Shown: in pieces, positions 12,110 through 25,621 of the stretch | Layout: the number at the start of each line of letters is the position of its first letter | Position numbering within the stretch: the stretch's first letter is position 1 | DNA from: Camelus dromedarius | Taxonomy: Eukaryota | Assembly (NCBI RefSeq): GCF_036321535.1 | Contig: NC_087436.1 | Location: 43,402,001 to 43,466,000, forward strand | Reading direction: 5' to 3' | Length of the DNA: 64,000 bases | Program-made: the position numbers and the translations under genes | The notes under the pieces: model-generated | Databases searched by the model: none | What the model saw: only the letters and a program-made list of their open reading frames with translations | Told to the model about the DNA's origin: nothing

Positions 12110-12215
12110 TGTGTCCAATTGGACGCTAAGCTCCTTGAGGGCAGGATAAGTGTCTATCTTTGCCCCTCCACATGGAACCTAGCACATTGTATGGCATATA
12201 ATAGGAGCCCAAGGT
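12110..12215 (+). mobile_element. L2 3' end
   Basis: taagctccttgagggcagga...cctagcacattgtatggcatataatagg. Confidence 0.75.
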
Positions 12216-12976
12216 TTACTTTAAAATGCAATAAGAAAACATTTTCAATATTTACCATGAGTTTATATTTATGGTTAAACTTCTAATGGGTAAATTCTTC
12301 ATTTCTTACATGATTTTCTGTATGTTCTGACATCTAAGAGCTATACATAATTTCAAATAAGACTTTTAAAGATATTTGAGAGACTGGAGTTGCTGCAGAC
12401 AGAAAAGTAGTGATGAGAGTACCTTACATTTTAAAGCAGTTTAGAACGGATTGATTTTGGTTCCTAGCATGGAAGACCCATGATGACTGAGCTTTTTGCT
12501 CACTGAGATTTCCCAAGCATTTGTAACAATATGGGCAGCTGGCAGGCACTCAAATGTTTAGTGACTTCAGGGGATTCCTGCAACCACACAGGGGAAAGGT
12601 TTACATCAATCATAGTACAGGTAAGAAAACCGAGGTTGAAAAGCAGTTTGGGTGCCTTTCCCAAGATAACAAGGTTAATAACCTACAGAGCTAACATTCT
12701 TCTGATTCTAAAGTCACTGCTCTTTTATTAAATCATGGCTGGCTTCAACGAAGAGCAGCCACTTAATAAAGTACAGTAAGTAAGATGGGCAGAGACTTAG
12801 ATGGAAAATGCCAAGAGCAGAAACCACAGTCAGAAGACAGTGACCCAAGTAGAAAAGTGAAATCTTTATTAGCTTTATGTGAAGCATATTTTACAGGCAT
12901 GGAGTTTAGAGGTGATTTTATTAATTATAATAAGCCTACTCTATTCTGTTAAATCATTAGAATTAGTAGTATTACA

Positions 12977-13132
12977 GTGGGGAGGGTATAGCTCAGTGGT
13001 AGAGCACATGCCTAGTGTGGATGAGGTCCTGGTTCAATCCCCAGTACCTCCATTAAAGAATTGATTAATTAATTAACCTAATTACCTTCCCCCCACCAAA
13101 AAAATTTTTTTTAAATAAACTGTATAAAAAAA
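12977..13132 (+). mobile_element. tRNA-derived SINE (Vic-1 type)
   Basis: ggggagggtatagctcagtggtagag head and cctaattaccttcccccc module. TSD tagtattaca 12967-12976 and tagtactaca 13133-13142. Confidence 0.93.
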
Positions 13133-13451
13133 TAGTACTACAAAATCTGACACATACTATTTTTTTTTAATTGCAACATTATTTGAGCAGGATAAAGTTC
13201 CCTGAAGTGTAAGCAATTACATCTTAGAGATAGGTTATCTTCCAAAAGCTCATTTGTCAGTCAAAGTTGTCTGGTGTTCAAAATACATTTTTCATAGAAA
13301 CCATGTTTTTAATAAAGGCTTAGTTCTCTAAAACCCTCAAAAGTCTTTCCTAGTCACTTTTACTTGTAGAGAATCTTAACGACTCAGCAGAGATTGGAGA
13401 GCAGGGCATCAAACAATTTCCCTTTTCCTCCTGGCCAGCTAGATAGCCCAC

Positions 13452-13898
13452 TGTCATGGGGTGAACTGTCTCCCCTTCCAAAAAAAGGTTATGTTTAAGT
13501 CCTAACCTCCAGTGTCTGTGACCTTACTTGAGAAAAGGGCTTTTTGTAGTTGTAATCACATTAGGTTGAGGGCATAATGGATTAGGGAGAACCTTAATCC
13601 AATGACTGGTATCCTTACAAAAAGAAGAGAATTTGGGCACAGAGACACACCGTGGAAAGATAGCCATGCGAAGACTGAGGCAGAAATGGGGGCAACATAA
13701 CTGCAAGCCAAGAAAGACCAACTGCGCCCAACCACCAGAAGTGAGGAAGAGGTAAGGAAGGATGCAGAAGGAATGGGGCTCTGACAACACCTCAACTGCA
13801 GACTTCTGTCCTCCGTAACTGTGAGAGAATAAAGTTCTGTTGTTTTAAGACACCCAGTTTGCGGTAGTTTGTTATAGCAATTCTAGGAAACTAGGACA
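13452..13898 (+). mobile_element. MaLR solo LTR, MLT1B/C-like
   Basis: TG...CA termini, taatccaatgactggtatcctta, and actgtgagagaataaagttctgttgttttaag...ctaggaaactaggaca 3' end. Confidence 0.9.
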
Positions 13899-14240
13899 GT
13901 CATATCTCCCAGCCACCCTAGCGAATGGGCGCAGCCATCTGACCCAGTTCCAGCCTGTGGCATGTGGGTGGAAGCGTGCGCACTCCCAGACCAAGTTAAT
14001 ATGACCTCCCCGTGAGCAATCTTCTCTCTTTACCCAGCTAGTGGCTGAATATAGAGGAAGATATAACCCAGAAGGTGGAAGAGCAACAGGTTTCAAAAAG
14101 CCTGAGTCCCTGAATCCCTGGTTAGAGCGGGGCCCTCTTCCTCCCATTCCCTCCTCCACTGACCCTCCTTAAACCTGAGTAGCTTTCTCTCATGAGGGTT
14201 TTATGATTATGGTGTTTGTTACAACAGTCAGCCTGTCGTT
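13899..14240 (+). mobile_element. Older MaLR LTR (MLT1J/L-like) interrupted by the MLT1B/C copy; its 5' piece is at about 13410-13451
   Basis: atctcccagccaccctagcg...gccatctgacccagttccagcc...tgtttgttacaacag. Confidence 0.6.
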
Positions 14241-15169
14241 GGTAGCTAACCATATCTACTCATGTTTTCCAGGGAACATGTAGTCACCTTTATATTTTAG
14301 GATGCCTGCTATATGAGTGACACTCTCAGTGCATCAAAGCAGAGTGATTGGGAATGGGTCCTATATCTGGGAACAAAGGTGCGAGTCTGATTTAAAAAAA
14401 AAAAAAAAAAAGAGGACCACAAGTAATTAGAGGGGAGTCATAAGAGATGAGGAGAGCAACATTGGACTAGAGGTAGGAGAGAGAAAAGGATGCCCAATAG
14501 GTCAATGGGATCAGAATCTCATATTCTGAATCTCTTTTGTAGCTTTTGTCCACTTTCCTCTTCCCCCTCTCTCCCTTCCTGGATAAAGCCTTTGTTTCTT
14601 TTCCTATTTCCTGTTTCTTTTCCATGCTTCTGCCCATGGTAGTCTCCCTTCTCTGCCTCACTGAGAACAAAAACGTAGAATGCTAGCTTATCATATAAGC
14701 AAACACAACGCCTTCTTGAGGTTCTTTAAGGATGTTCTTTTTCTTTTCTTTTACACTTTTGTTATCAACTGGGGAAAATATGAAGATAGCAAATAAAGGA
14801 AAAACTTAGTCTCTCAAATTTCATAGTAAAAAAGCCCTGGTATTAGTTGGAATGTACACAGAATTGGGTTCAGAACTGCTCTCCTCCAGTACCTTTCCTG
14901 AATTGCCAGGTGTTCTGCACAAGTCTTATTCCATATTGTTTCTCTTCCATAGGAGACGTGGGGAGAGTCTAATAGTTATACCTCTTTGGAAGCTAAAGTC
15001 AGGCTCGAGGGCCAGACAGGAAACCTTCTTCATTTTTCTCTCCCAGTTCTTTGCTGTTCCACCATCAGCATCCTCAGGAAGTACTTCTTCTCCCTCCCTG
15101 TGGTCCTCTCCTTCCTCTCATCTGTCTTCCTCTTCCATCATTCATTCTTCCCTTTATTCAAGTAACAGG

Positions 15170-16270
15170 TCTTCTATTGGGTGGCAGACTGCTACATGCC
15201 AGACTCCCTGCTTTAGGGGCTTTAGCATGAATTAGATCATCTTCGCCTTTAAAGAGTTTACAGTGTAGAAGTGGTGACTGTCATTGAACTAGAAGGGTAA
15301 TAATTCTATAGGAGATGTTAAGGGTATTATGGAGGTATCAAAAAGGGACATCCAACTTAGTCTGAAAGAATAAGATGAGTTTTGAGAGGAAGTGACTTGA
15401 ATATTGAGAAGATGTGAATGACGACTAGGAATTATCTAAGTGGAAAGGAAGGTGTAAAGTGGAGCTTGGGAAGAATGATTCAAGCAGAATCAACAGCACG
15501 GTGAATGCCTCTGGCGGGAAGGAGCATGGCTGGCAGAACTGAGCTAAGACCCACCTGGCTGTGTGGTAGCCCCTAGCCAGGCCCACAGTGGGGCCCCATC
15601 CTAGGCCTTAGTGTATCACCAAGTGTGCTTGTCCATGACTGGTTATTGCCCCATGTAGGTATCAAAGTGTGATACCTAAACATTAATATATAACTTGTGA
15701 ATCATGCAACAAGATGACCCTGTTAGCTTATGAAGAATATGTCCCCAGAACTAGGATGTTAAAACCAAGATATGGCCAGAAAAAGGCAGATTTTGCAACC
15801 ATGTAGCATACCTATTCTGGAGTTTTGGGGAACACGTTTGGAGACAGACAAACCAGTCCTCAACCTGGACGGGAAAAATTTCATGACCACAAAACTGAGC
15901 ACATCTTCCATGAAGGACTGGGAAGACTTAAGAAGCCACACCCAGCAACACCCCTCAGCCTGGTATCACCAGGTGTCCTTTGGCAAAAGTTTCTCCTTTG
16001 TGCCTACTGCAGCAGATTTAAACTAAAACGAAGCAGTCGTTTGCACTGAGCCATCACCTCAGTCTTCTGTGGGACAACTCTAGGTTGCAGCAAAGTAAGA
16101 GAAGAGGGTGACATGAGAAAAGGCCAGAAGTATAGTCTGGGACTAAAGTGTAAAGAATCCAGTAAGCCATGTTAAGGATTTGGGATTCAGACTGCAAAAC
16201 CACATGAAGCCATTTTTATCTTTTTAAGGAGAGAAGTGAAATGATAAGATACGGTGTTTTTAAAAGTAAG
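15170..16270 (-). mobile_element. L2 fragment split by an internal insertion
   Basis: L2-like purine-rich segments at 15170-15559 and 16093-16270 (gtaagccatgttaaggatttggg). Confidence 0.6.
15560..16092. mobile_element. Probable old solo LTR (family unassigned) nested in L2
   Basis: About 530 bp, TG...CA bounded, and interrupts continuous L2 homology. Confidence 0.4.
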
Positions 16271-16342
16271 ATTCTTTATATAGAACTATTCAGTGGGACC
16301 TAAACAGAGAATGAATGAGAAGCAATGTGTTTAACAGGCTGC

Positions 16343-16703
16343 ATAAAATAGCTAAACAAGGTCCTACTGTATAGTACAGGGAACAATATTTAATACTCTA
16401 TAATAGTCAATAATGAAAAAGATTAGGCAAAGGAATATATATAGATATAAAACTGACTCACGGTGGGGAGGGTGTAGCTCAGCGGTAGAGTGTGTGTTCT
16501 CAGCAACCACAAGGTCCTGGGTTTGATCCCCAGTACCTCCATTAAAATAAATTAATAAACCTAATTACCTCCCCCCAAAATAAAAAAAAAAAAAAACTGA
16601 CTCACTATGCTGTACACCAGAAATTAACACAACATGGTAAATCGACTATACTTCAATAAAAAAGAACCATATTAAAAAAAAAATAAAATAAAATAAAATA
16701 AAA
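16343..16703 (+). mobile_element. 5'-truncated lineage-specific L1 3' end containing a SINE
   Basis: aacaaggtcctactgtatag...tatgctgtacaccagaaattaacacaac...gactatacttcaataaaaa, followed by an A-rich tail. Confidence 0.9.
16462..16592 (+). mobile_element. tRNA-derived SINE (Vic-1 type) nested in L1
   Basis: Perfect 13-bp TSD aaaactgactcac at 16449-16461 and 16593-16605. Confidence 0.95.
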
Positions 16704-17907
16704 GGCCATATCAGCAGTCTAGGGGAATCATGATGGCGGAGCGGACAGATGCATTAGTCTGTCACCATTAACAGTGTTACATTCACAAGCTCTGGCAGGA
16801 AGTGAGAAGCAAGAAGAGAGTGGAGGGGAGACATCCCATCTAAATAGCAAGAGGAAAGAGATCTCATCTTCATTAAAGTCTCCAGTGGAGAAGAGGCCAC
16901 AGAGAAACATTTTTGAAATCTGTTTCATTTAACAAAGAGGAAACAAGACTCAGAAAGAGTAGAGATTGTTCGCTAGATTCCGCAACTAGTTAGGAGCAGA
17001 AGGAAGACAAGGACACATGCCACCTCACTGAGCAGCCTTTACACTGTGGTAATCTTCACATGGGTAAACTTAGACAGCTTATGTCAAATATTATCAATTT
17101 TTATTTTAAATTAAAGAACCCTCAGCTCTTATATAAGTTGTAACGGAAATTAGAGAGAAATTAGTCCACTAAATAAGCCTGCCATTCAGGGAATGATTGA
17201 GAAGAAGGACCCTTGTTCATCATGTAAACATGGTGTGTGTCCTGCTCTGGATTGGAGTGGGCTCAGTAAAGGTTGCATTGAGATGGATCTTAAAGAAGCA
17301 GCAACAACAACTGATTAGGGCCCTACTTCTTTCCCTTTAAGCCAGTCTTCTATAAGGTTTGCCAAAGAGGTATTTGGTTGCAAAACTTACCATGTCCAAC
17401 CTAAAAAGGAGCTTTTGGGACCCATGGCAAACAATTTTAGCACCTAACTTCACCTGAGGCACACAAGGATTAAAATTAGCAGAGTGAGTAATTATAGTCT
17501 CATTTTACATCAATATCAGCGATGATAATTTGGATCAAATGTAGAATTTCATCGGAGAATAACAAAATGTGGGTGAGCTCACCACGTACGTGTCCCTGTT
17601 TAGGTCAGATTTTTAGGACACACTGTGATCTGCTTGCTCTACTAGGGTCACTCTGCTCAGTCTCCAGTGATATGCGTTCTTGAAAATAGCTGTTATAATT
17701 GGGTCTCCCTGCAGATGCAAATGAATAGCACATTGGGGCAGGCTGTGTCCTTGACAGACATATTTTTCCAATGCAATTTAAGTTTATTACTGTAAACATG
17801 TTAAACCTTAAACCAGCTTAAAAGTTATGACAAATGTTTTTTTCTCTTTTAACTATAAAGAGAAAGTATGTGTCCATTGATAAATATTCAGCATAAAAAT
17901 AAGCTAG

Positions 17908-18055
17908 TGGGAAGAATATAGCTCAGTGGTAGAGTGCGTGTTTAGCATGCATGAGGTCCTGGGTTCAATCCTCAGTACCTCCATTAAATATAATAAATAA
18001 ATAAATAAATAAGCAAGCAAGCCTAAATGCCTCCCCCTTAAAAAAAATTTTTTTT
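17908..18055 (+). mobile_element. tRNA-derived SINE (Vic-1 type)
   Basis: tatagctcagtggtagagtgcgtgtttagcatgcatgaggtcctgggttcaatcc head and (AAAT)n spacer. Confidence 0.92.
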
Positions 18056-18857
18056 AATAATCCAGAGGCTTAAATCTTATATAAATATAAACCATACTTT
18101 AAAAGATGTATAACCATGGCGGTAACAGAAGTGACAAAACCACAAAAAAATCACGATGTTAGAAGGTAACTTAGAGACCACTATATCCAGCTCCTCACTT
18201 TTAACAAGTAAGAAAATTGGAGCACTACTTAGCTACTTACTCAACACTGTACCTACAGTTAGTAGCACTTTGAATTAAATTCCAGGTTTTCTTATTCCTA
18301 ATCCATTATCAATGTCTTCCAATGGGGTGTCTCTCTACTAAAATGAACTTCAAGAAGTCCTCCCTCCTCAGCAAACACACAGGCCCAGTGATGGCTCAGT
18401 TACTCACAGAATGGGGGAAAAATTATTTGAGTCATTATATATCAGTCAGAAATGTTTCAGGCATTAGATGTAGAGAAAAAAATAGAAAAATAATTGATTT
18501 TTTAAAGTTGAAAAATATCCCAAGTTTAGATCAGGGTTTACTTTAACAGAATCACAGTAGAAGTCAAAGGAGGATTAACTGTTTTTCACAATGTTATTCT
18601 TTGCCAAAGACCCTCAAGAATGATAGAGAAGTAGTGATAATATGAACATTAAAGCTTCAAAGAGCCTTTGAACAAATAGCTATAATAAAAAAAGACAGTT
18701 GACAAATGAAGCTAGTTTGCTATCTTATCATTCCTGAGGATGAGTTATTAATGAACAACCACTACTATTCCTCCTGTTTAGAATATAAGGTCAAACTGAA
18801 GAGTTTATTATCTGTTAGTGCTCTCTGATGTTGGACTATCATCCAGTCCAGACTGAT

Positions 18858-19693
18858 GGTATTCCAAATATTTATTGCCATTACAAACTACCTCATAAAC
18901 TAAGTGGCTTAAAGCAATCATTTTATTTTGCTCACAAACTTGTGGGCCTGAGATTCGGGAGTGGCTCAGCTGACTGATTCATTTGTATCCACGTGATGTC
19001 AAGTGAGGCAGCTAGGGCGGGAGGATCCACCTCCACAATAGCATCCTCACTCATCTATCTGGCTCTGCCTGGTCTATCCATGCGGCATCTCATTTTCCAG
19101 GGTCTCTCCACGTGGCTTGGGCTTCTCACTGTATGTGGGTCTCAAGGTGGCTGTATTCTTCCAGGACAACTGGCTTCTAAGAGGCAGGGATGTGGAAAGT
19201 GCTGGGGCAGTTAAGGGCTCTGCCATATTTTATTTGTGAAGGAAGTCACGGGGCCAATTCAGATTCAGGAGATAAAGAAATGGACTCTACCTCTTTTTTT
19301 TTAGTTGACGTATAGTCAGTTAACAATGCTGTGTCAATTTCTGGTGCACAGTATAATGTTTCAGTTATACATATACATATATACATTCCAGCATTCTTTT
19401 TCATTATAGGTCACTGACATTGAACATAGTTCCCTGTGCTATACAGAAGTGACTTGTTGTTTATCTATTTTATATATAGTAGTTAATACTTGCAAATCTC
19501 AAGCTCCCAATTTATCCTTTCCCAACCCCTTTCCCCCTAGTAACTGTAAGTTTGTTTACTATGTCTGTGAGTCTGTTTCTGTTTTGTAGATAAGTTCATT
19601 TGTGGACTCTACCTCTTGATAGGAAGGATGGAAAGGGCACTTTGAAGAAGAGCATATGGGATGGGAGCCATCTTGGAAAGTGTAATCACCACA
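18858..19693 (-). mobile_element. MaLR LTR, MLT1G/H-like, interrupted by L1
   Basis: aagtggcttaaagcaatcattttattttgctcaca...ctctccacgtggcttgggcttctcac...cagattcagg...gccatcttgg...caccaca. Confidence 0.8.
19296..19602 (-). mobile_element. 5'-truncated lineage-specific L1 3' end
   Basis: T-tail then tagttccctgtgctatacag...atgtctgtgagtctgtttctgttttgta. Perfect 15-bp TSD tggactctacctctt at 19281-19295 and 19603-19617. Confidence 0.95.
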
Positions 19694-21046
19694 GATGGCT
19701 AGCAAGTAAGTAGGCCGTGAGGGAGATGAAGTACAGGGCTGATTTTGCATACTATAAACACAAGGTCTTTCCTCAAATTAACAGCCTCTGCTTGCTAGAA
19801 CTGCAGGGATCTGCATTCTTTTATTTATTTACTTTATTAGAAGAGAGGTCATCAATGTTAATTTCTGGAATGATTAACTACATGTTCCTGAGTCAAACTC
19901 TACTATTTCCTCTCAAAGCGAAGTCTCTCTTGATCTCAGAAGATGTTTCACGTATTGTACTTTCTAAATATAAGCCATTGTGGCTAACAACCTCACAGGA
20001 AGCTTTTTATCTTTGAAGAACAGCTTCTTTTGCACTTTTTCAACTCTCACTTTCTTTACACCCTTCTTAGCCTCTCACCCACTCTTGCATCCATTTTATC
20101 GTTCTATATAACAACAACATGATCTGATAACAACCTTAAATTCTACTGTACACACACAAAAAAATTGATAATAGAAAAAGCTTAAAAAGAAAACAAAAGT
20201 ATCTTACAACTTAGGATTTACTTCCCCTAATGTCTAAAAAGAGAGACATGCAGTATATTTATTGTTAGCTTTAAATCCTATACCAGGAAAATAATGGGAA
20301 GCCAGATTATTAACTTGCTACCTACACAGTTACTACAGCCCAGAATTTAGTATTTAGTGATTTGTGTAAAAGTTGGATATTATTTGTTCTAGGCCTTAAC
20401 AAACCCTAGGTATCTGGTGGGTTCCCTTTATCATTCAATATTTGTCCTCTTCTATTTAGGCCTCATATTTAGTGTTTACTGCATAGTAGTAAAACTAAAA
20501 CAGACAGTGTCTATTTTAATTAGTCAATCTGCTTAACTACTAAGAGCAAATCATGCCTCAGGCCTTAATAATATAGTGATCAACAGACCTGGAAAGAGAG
20601 TCTCCAAATTTAGGTAGGAAGGATAATCTTCCTCAAGGAAGTTACTGCAAAATTCAGGAACCAAAGTATGGTCAATCCACCCATTTTAGTCACACTGACT
20701 ACCTATGGAAATTACTACATAATATCTGCTTTCCAGTTTACCCTGCGTAAGTGTCCAAAAATAAAAACTTTCAGACTGTCAATTCACAAAAACATTGAGA
20801 ATATAACAACAGCAACATATGCAATGCTATATAGGATGTAAAGGGTGAGAGCAAGCACGATTTCACAAATCCTATCAGTGAGCCCAGGGATATTAATGCC
20901 ACATTTGGATCTTAGACTGTTCTATCTAAAACTAAATGAATCTAAGTGAAAACTGATATACAGCATTTCAAATTACCTTTATTCCTAGCCAATTATCAGT
21001 TTTTTCCAAGATCCATAGACCTCTCTACCTAGAAAGTGTTCAGAAT

Positions 21047-21518
21047 TGTGATAGATTGAGGTCCTACTTGCAAGCTAACAAGTTAGCCTGCTACAGTTTC
21101 ATGGATGCTGGCAGAAGATATGAGACTCCTGGGTCCAAGACAAAGAACTTTATTACTCACACCATAGCAAGCAGCATGGACATCAACATACTTGTGTCAG
21201 TTTCCCTTATCCCCAACTCTCACAGAGGTAAATCTGTATGGTCCAAATGGATGCCTGCTCACTTTGTGGATTGTACATGGGAGAGGAACCCTGAATCTTT
21301 TATAGTAGGTAATAAGCATATCTGTACTTTGCTCCAAAGGGAGCCATTTTCTTTTTTATATTGGATAGTAAGCATGCCTGATCTTTGTTCCTCTATCTTA
21401 TAGGGCTGTTTGCTATACCAATATCTTGAAAAAATAGTCTAGAACAAAGATAGCCAGTGACTCTGCTTGCAAGATGTACAGGAAGGTAAGAAGCCCACAG
21501 AAAATTATCTCTTTGACA
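21047..21518 (-). mobile_element. Solo LTR, ERVL class (MER54/LTR53-like; subfamily uncertain)
   Basis: TG...CA bounded, gctaacaagttagcctgctacagtttcatggatgctggcagaaga motif, reversed polyA signal tttatt. Confidence 0.7.
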
Positions 21519-23449
21519 GAAAGTTTCAATAAATAGAAGTTATCCTACAGTTGAGGAGATAAATGTTAAATTGTTTTTGTGACTGTCTAAATTTAAGTGG
21601 AAACTAAATGAGATTTCCTGCAAATTCTCTGCAGTCATACATATGTGTCTGTGCAGTAACTTTTAACAGTTATCTTAGTTGTAAACATACGAAAGATTTC
21701 ACACATTATCTATAGTTTTGCCAGAATTACTATAGCATACAATAGGAGCAATGGTTTGAAAGTCAGTACACGTAGGTTTTTAATCAGCATGCTGTCATTA
21801 ACTGATAACATGGCTGACAACAAATCATATCATTTACCCAGACTTTAGCTTCTACATCTCTCAGAATGTGTGACCATTCTTTTATTTTCCTCCTAGATAA
21901 TTTTTTTACTCCTTTTCTTATTGCTAGAAGTCCTTGAATTTATGAACCTACCTGTTAAAGGGGGAAAAAATGACTCAAAGAGAATTTAATGAGCAGATTA
22001 AATAGCCAGTGATTCCATATCAAACAGAATGTGATGGAGCTGTCTTCATTTTCAATTGCGCTTCCTTTTTTTCTAGTACAAAACAAGGACATTGGAAAAC
22101 TTATGAGACAACAGAACCTAACTTTTCTCAAGGTCAATAAATGAAGTCAGAAAATAATGAGAGAAAACAGAAATGCTGACAGTTCTGATACAAATTATTT
22201 AGACCTGGAAAACAAATTTGGCATTTGTACAAATGCTATGGAGTTTTACCCACCATGTTGGACAAAAATAAAAAGTCTATTAGGCTTAAAAGCTTTGTCA
22301 CTTTTTCCTTTTCTCTTTCCAGTCTCTCATACTCAGCAAATAAAACCTTTTATCTCTACCCTGGAAATACATCTATGTAGTCTTACTTCTTGCATCTATT
22401 CCTATCACCGCTGTACCACCTCTTTTTCTCTCATATCTGAACTATTTTAATCAACAGGATTTGCTGTCTCATTATCTTCAGGTTTTATCCTCCAATCTGA
22501 CCTCCAGACTGTTGTATTTTTATTCTTCATAAAACATTTTTTTCTAATCTTCAGCACCTCAGAATAAAGTTCAAATATCCCCAGTGATTCCTCAAATTCA
22601 TCTATACATTCCTGTCTTCAAGTATTTTACTCAGTGGTCTATTTTAAGGGAGATAGATAAATCACAATATAATGTCTTCAGAATTTTGTTAAGGAAACGT
22701 GACTGGAGCTTTCAAAAAGAGGAGCATCCGTGAATTGCATCAGTGAAGTGAGTCAGTGAAACATTCCCAGTTAAAAAATATCGATTCTTATTTTCGTCCT
22801 TCTCCCTAAAATCTAGCCAAATTGACTTTTTCTAACAAAAAAACTACGTTAAAATTTCCTTCTTTCAAGATCACTATGCCACTTCTTGGTGTTAATCACA
22901 CAAGCTAGTTAACTGCTTAATATGCAACTATCTTTTATGCCCAACTAAATGCCTTGCAATGTCAAATAAAATAACCATGGATAAACTCAGGACAATCCCC
23001 CTATCACCACTTATCCTTTGATAAATATCTTTTTATCCTGAGTGAAAGACACTCTTGATACCTGTTATTTCCTCTACAGACTCATAGCAGCAAGAATAGT
23101 AGAAAAGCCTATTAAAAAAATAGATGGATGTGAAACTAACTTAGAAAAGGCTGGGCTCCCAAGTTTGAACACACTTTGTCCTAGAAACTATATGTGACCT
23201 GATGATTTCCTGGCAATCCCTTTGCATCCCCCAAAACAGTTTTCTATTATATCTAAACTTCTGTTTAAATATGTCTTCCATAGGAAAAGGAATTTCATTC
23301 TCCACTAGAGATGCCAAAACGTACTTCCTCATCATGGTAACCTAAGCAGGGAAATGGGGAAAAGTGGAGATAGGGATGTCATTAGGCACAAAAGAATCAG
23401 GTAATTTACTCATTCTCTACATTTGCTCAGAAAGATTGTCAATACTCCT

Positions 23450-23550
23450 TCAGCAAACATTATTGTGCACCTGCTAAGTGCCAGGTTCTGTTCTTCATTC
23501 TAGAGACATAAAGATAATTAAGACATGATTCTTGCCCTCAAGGGTATACA
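23450..23550 (-). mobile_element. L2 3' end
   Basis: ttcagcaaacattattgtgcacctgctaagtgccagg...gccctcaagg. Confidence 0.7.
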
Positions 23551-25621
23551 TGAAAAGGTGCTCTTTTCTCATTGAGAACTCTCTGTTTCTGCCTTCACTT
23601 TAACCTCAGAAGGTTAAAACCACCCTCAGGAGATTCCTTTATATTGGCTGCAGTCTTTTCTCATCAATATTTTCTTTCCAGTAATGCTGGTCACACAACA
23701 GACAGTGCATATTTCTTGATCAACTGAATAGATTGCAGATAAGTCAAGACTACTCAGTTATTATTATTTTAATTGAAAAACTCCATCCAGTTTTAAGCTA
23801 AATAAAAATACAGATAGCAGAGATTCTTCTTTTGGGCCCACCTACAGAACATTAGCGACATAGTTAAAATTGGTCTTGATTTCCCCTCTTGGTATAATTT
23901 CATTCTCAAATTCACCCATCTTCAAGGTTTTCCCATTCCACCATTCAACCTGGATCTTAACTTGAAGTCAGAGCCTCTTCCTCTGGACCATTTTTTGGTA
24001 ATTCCCAGAAAATTACTCATTCCATTCTGATAGCTAATTTGACATGGCAGCATACTATAGGAAAATGAAGCAAGCAGGAAAAGAGATGGTCCTAGTACCA
24101 GTCTACGCACTAGGTTCTACTAGGGGGTTCAACCAGGAAGCCAAGACACGTGCTTCCAGATCATTAAGAAAGTTCTTCCTGTAACTCATCCAACATATAG
24201 GAATGAGACAATGGAGGAGAGAGAATCAAGGCAGGTGATTGCTGGAAGTTGTCAATATCGGGGTCAAGTGCTAGTGACAAGTGGGCAGTTAGATTGTCCC
24301 TACAAGGCTGTCTGCCTCAGAACCTATACTCCTAGAACAAATGGGAAATGCCCATTTAATTTTCTTTTAATCATAAAGACTCACATACCTGGCTGGGCTT
24401 CATGATAATGTTGGATGAGGGCAATAGGGAAGATGACAACTTCCCTCTGACCAAACCTGAAACTGAAGTAGCTTTTATTGGAGAAAGAAATCTTTCTTCT
24501 CCCAAATATAATATAATATATATAAAGGCATATGATAATAATAGACAGTTCACATTTGATGTAAAGTTTTGCTTTGTTTCTTAAAGTATTTCTCTAGTTT
24601 CTAAGGTTTAATTCCCTAGAGAGCACTTTTTTTTTCCTATCATGCCATTACAGACCATGCATTTTTGGTCTGCTCCATAGGATAAGTAGTCAGGATTCAA
24701 GAATCTCATTCCTGGATCAACCATTCATTGGATTAAATGGGCAAGTCATTTTACCTGAATCTCAGTGCCTATATTTCTAAAATAAGAAAGTTAAACTCTA
24801 GGTATGATTTCCAAGGTTGTTCTACAGGCTTGTAATCCTGGTATACACTCAGTCATTCTCACCTCATGTAATACAAGACTGTGATGTTATCCCAGGTCAT
24901 ACTGGTGGCTGCATGGTATGCCTTGGTTCACTATTTATTATGTCCCTTAAATCCAGATAGTAAGTGGTCTTCCAAACACAAGAAAGAGACTGTTTCATTT
25001 TTTCTCAAGTGTAATCCAATTTAAATGGTCCATGTGGGCAAATAGAGCAGTATTTGATTCCACTAGAGTGCATATGCTTTCCCAATAAGGGAAGCTCTTT
25101 TGTAGTATAGTGAATGTCAACTCGACCCTCTTCCAAAACTCACTCTAAAATTTGATTCTTCTGGGGAGAACTCATTTCTTTCCTGGGTAGGAAAAGAATG
25201 TTTCACTTTGATGATAGTAGATAATTTCAAAAAAGATATATCTACAAGTGTTTGAGTGAGTATTCTAACTCAGCCTAGGAACACTAACCTATTAAAACAG
25301 AGAATGCTACAGGGTGGCTGTCTCTGGATAATACAAATGAGACTCGTTTAATTGTAAAAGACTACCTTCCTTTTTTCTAAACTGATTGTTGCATCTTTCA
25401 CTGGCATCACTGACTTTGGAAAATAGAAGAAGCTACCTTTGGGAAACACTTCATAGATGCGTTACAGCCTTTCTCACTGCTAAGTGGAAGATTTGGGAAC
25501 CCCACAAACATCTCTAGAGACTCTACTTCTAGAGCCCCAACACCAAAAGTAGCAGATGGGGAAATTAATAATCTACACTCTCAGCATGGAATCCCTCTGG
25601 GAAAACAGTTAAAAGGGTGAA

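Noticed and set aside
13126..13168. Inverted repeat aaaaaaatagta...tactattttttt
   Set aside because: Mostly the SINE A-tail pairing with a T-run; low complexity.
14852..15235. 127-aa Ser-rich ORF
   Set aside because: Produced by a CT-rich low-complexity tract running into L2; no homology recognised.
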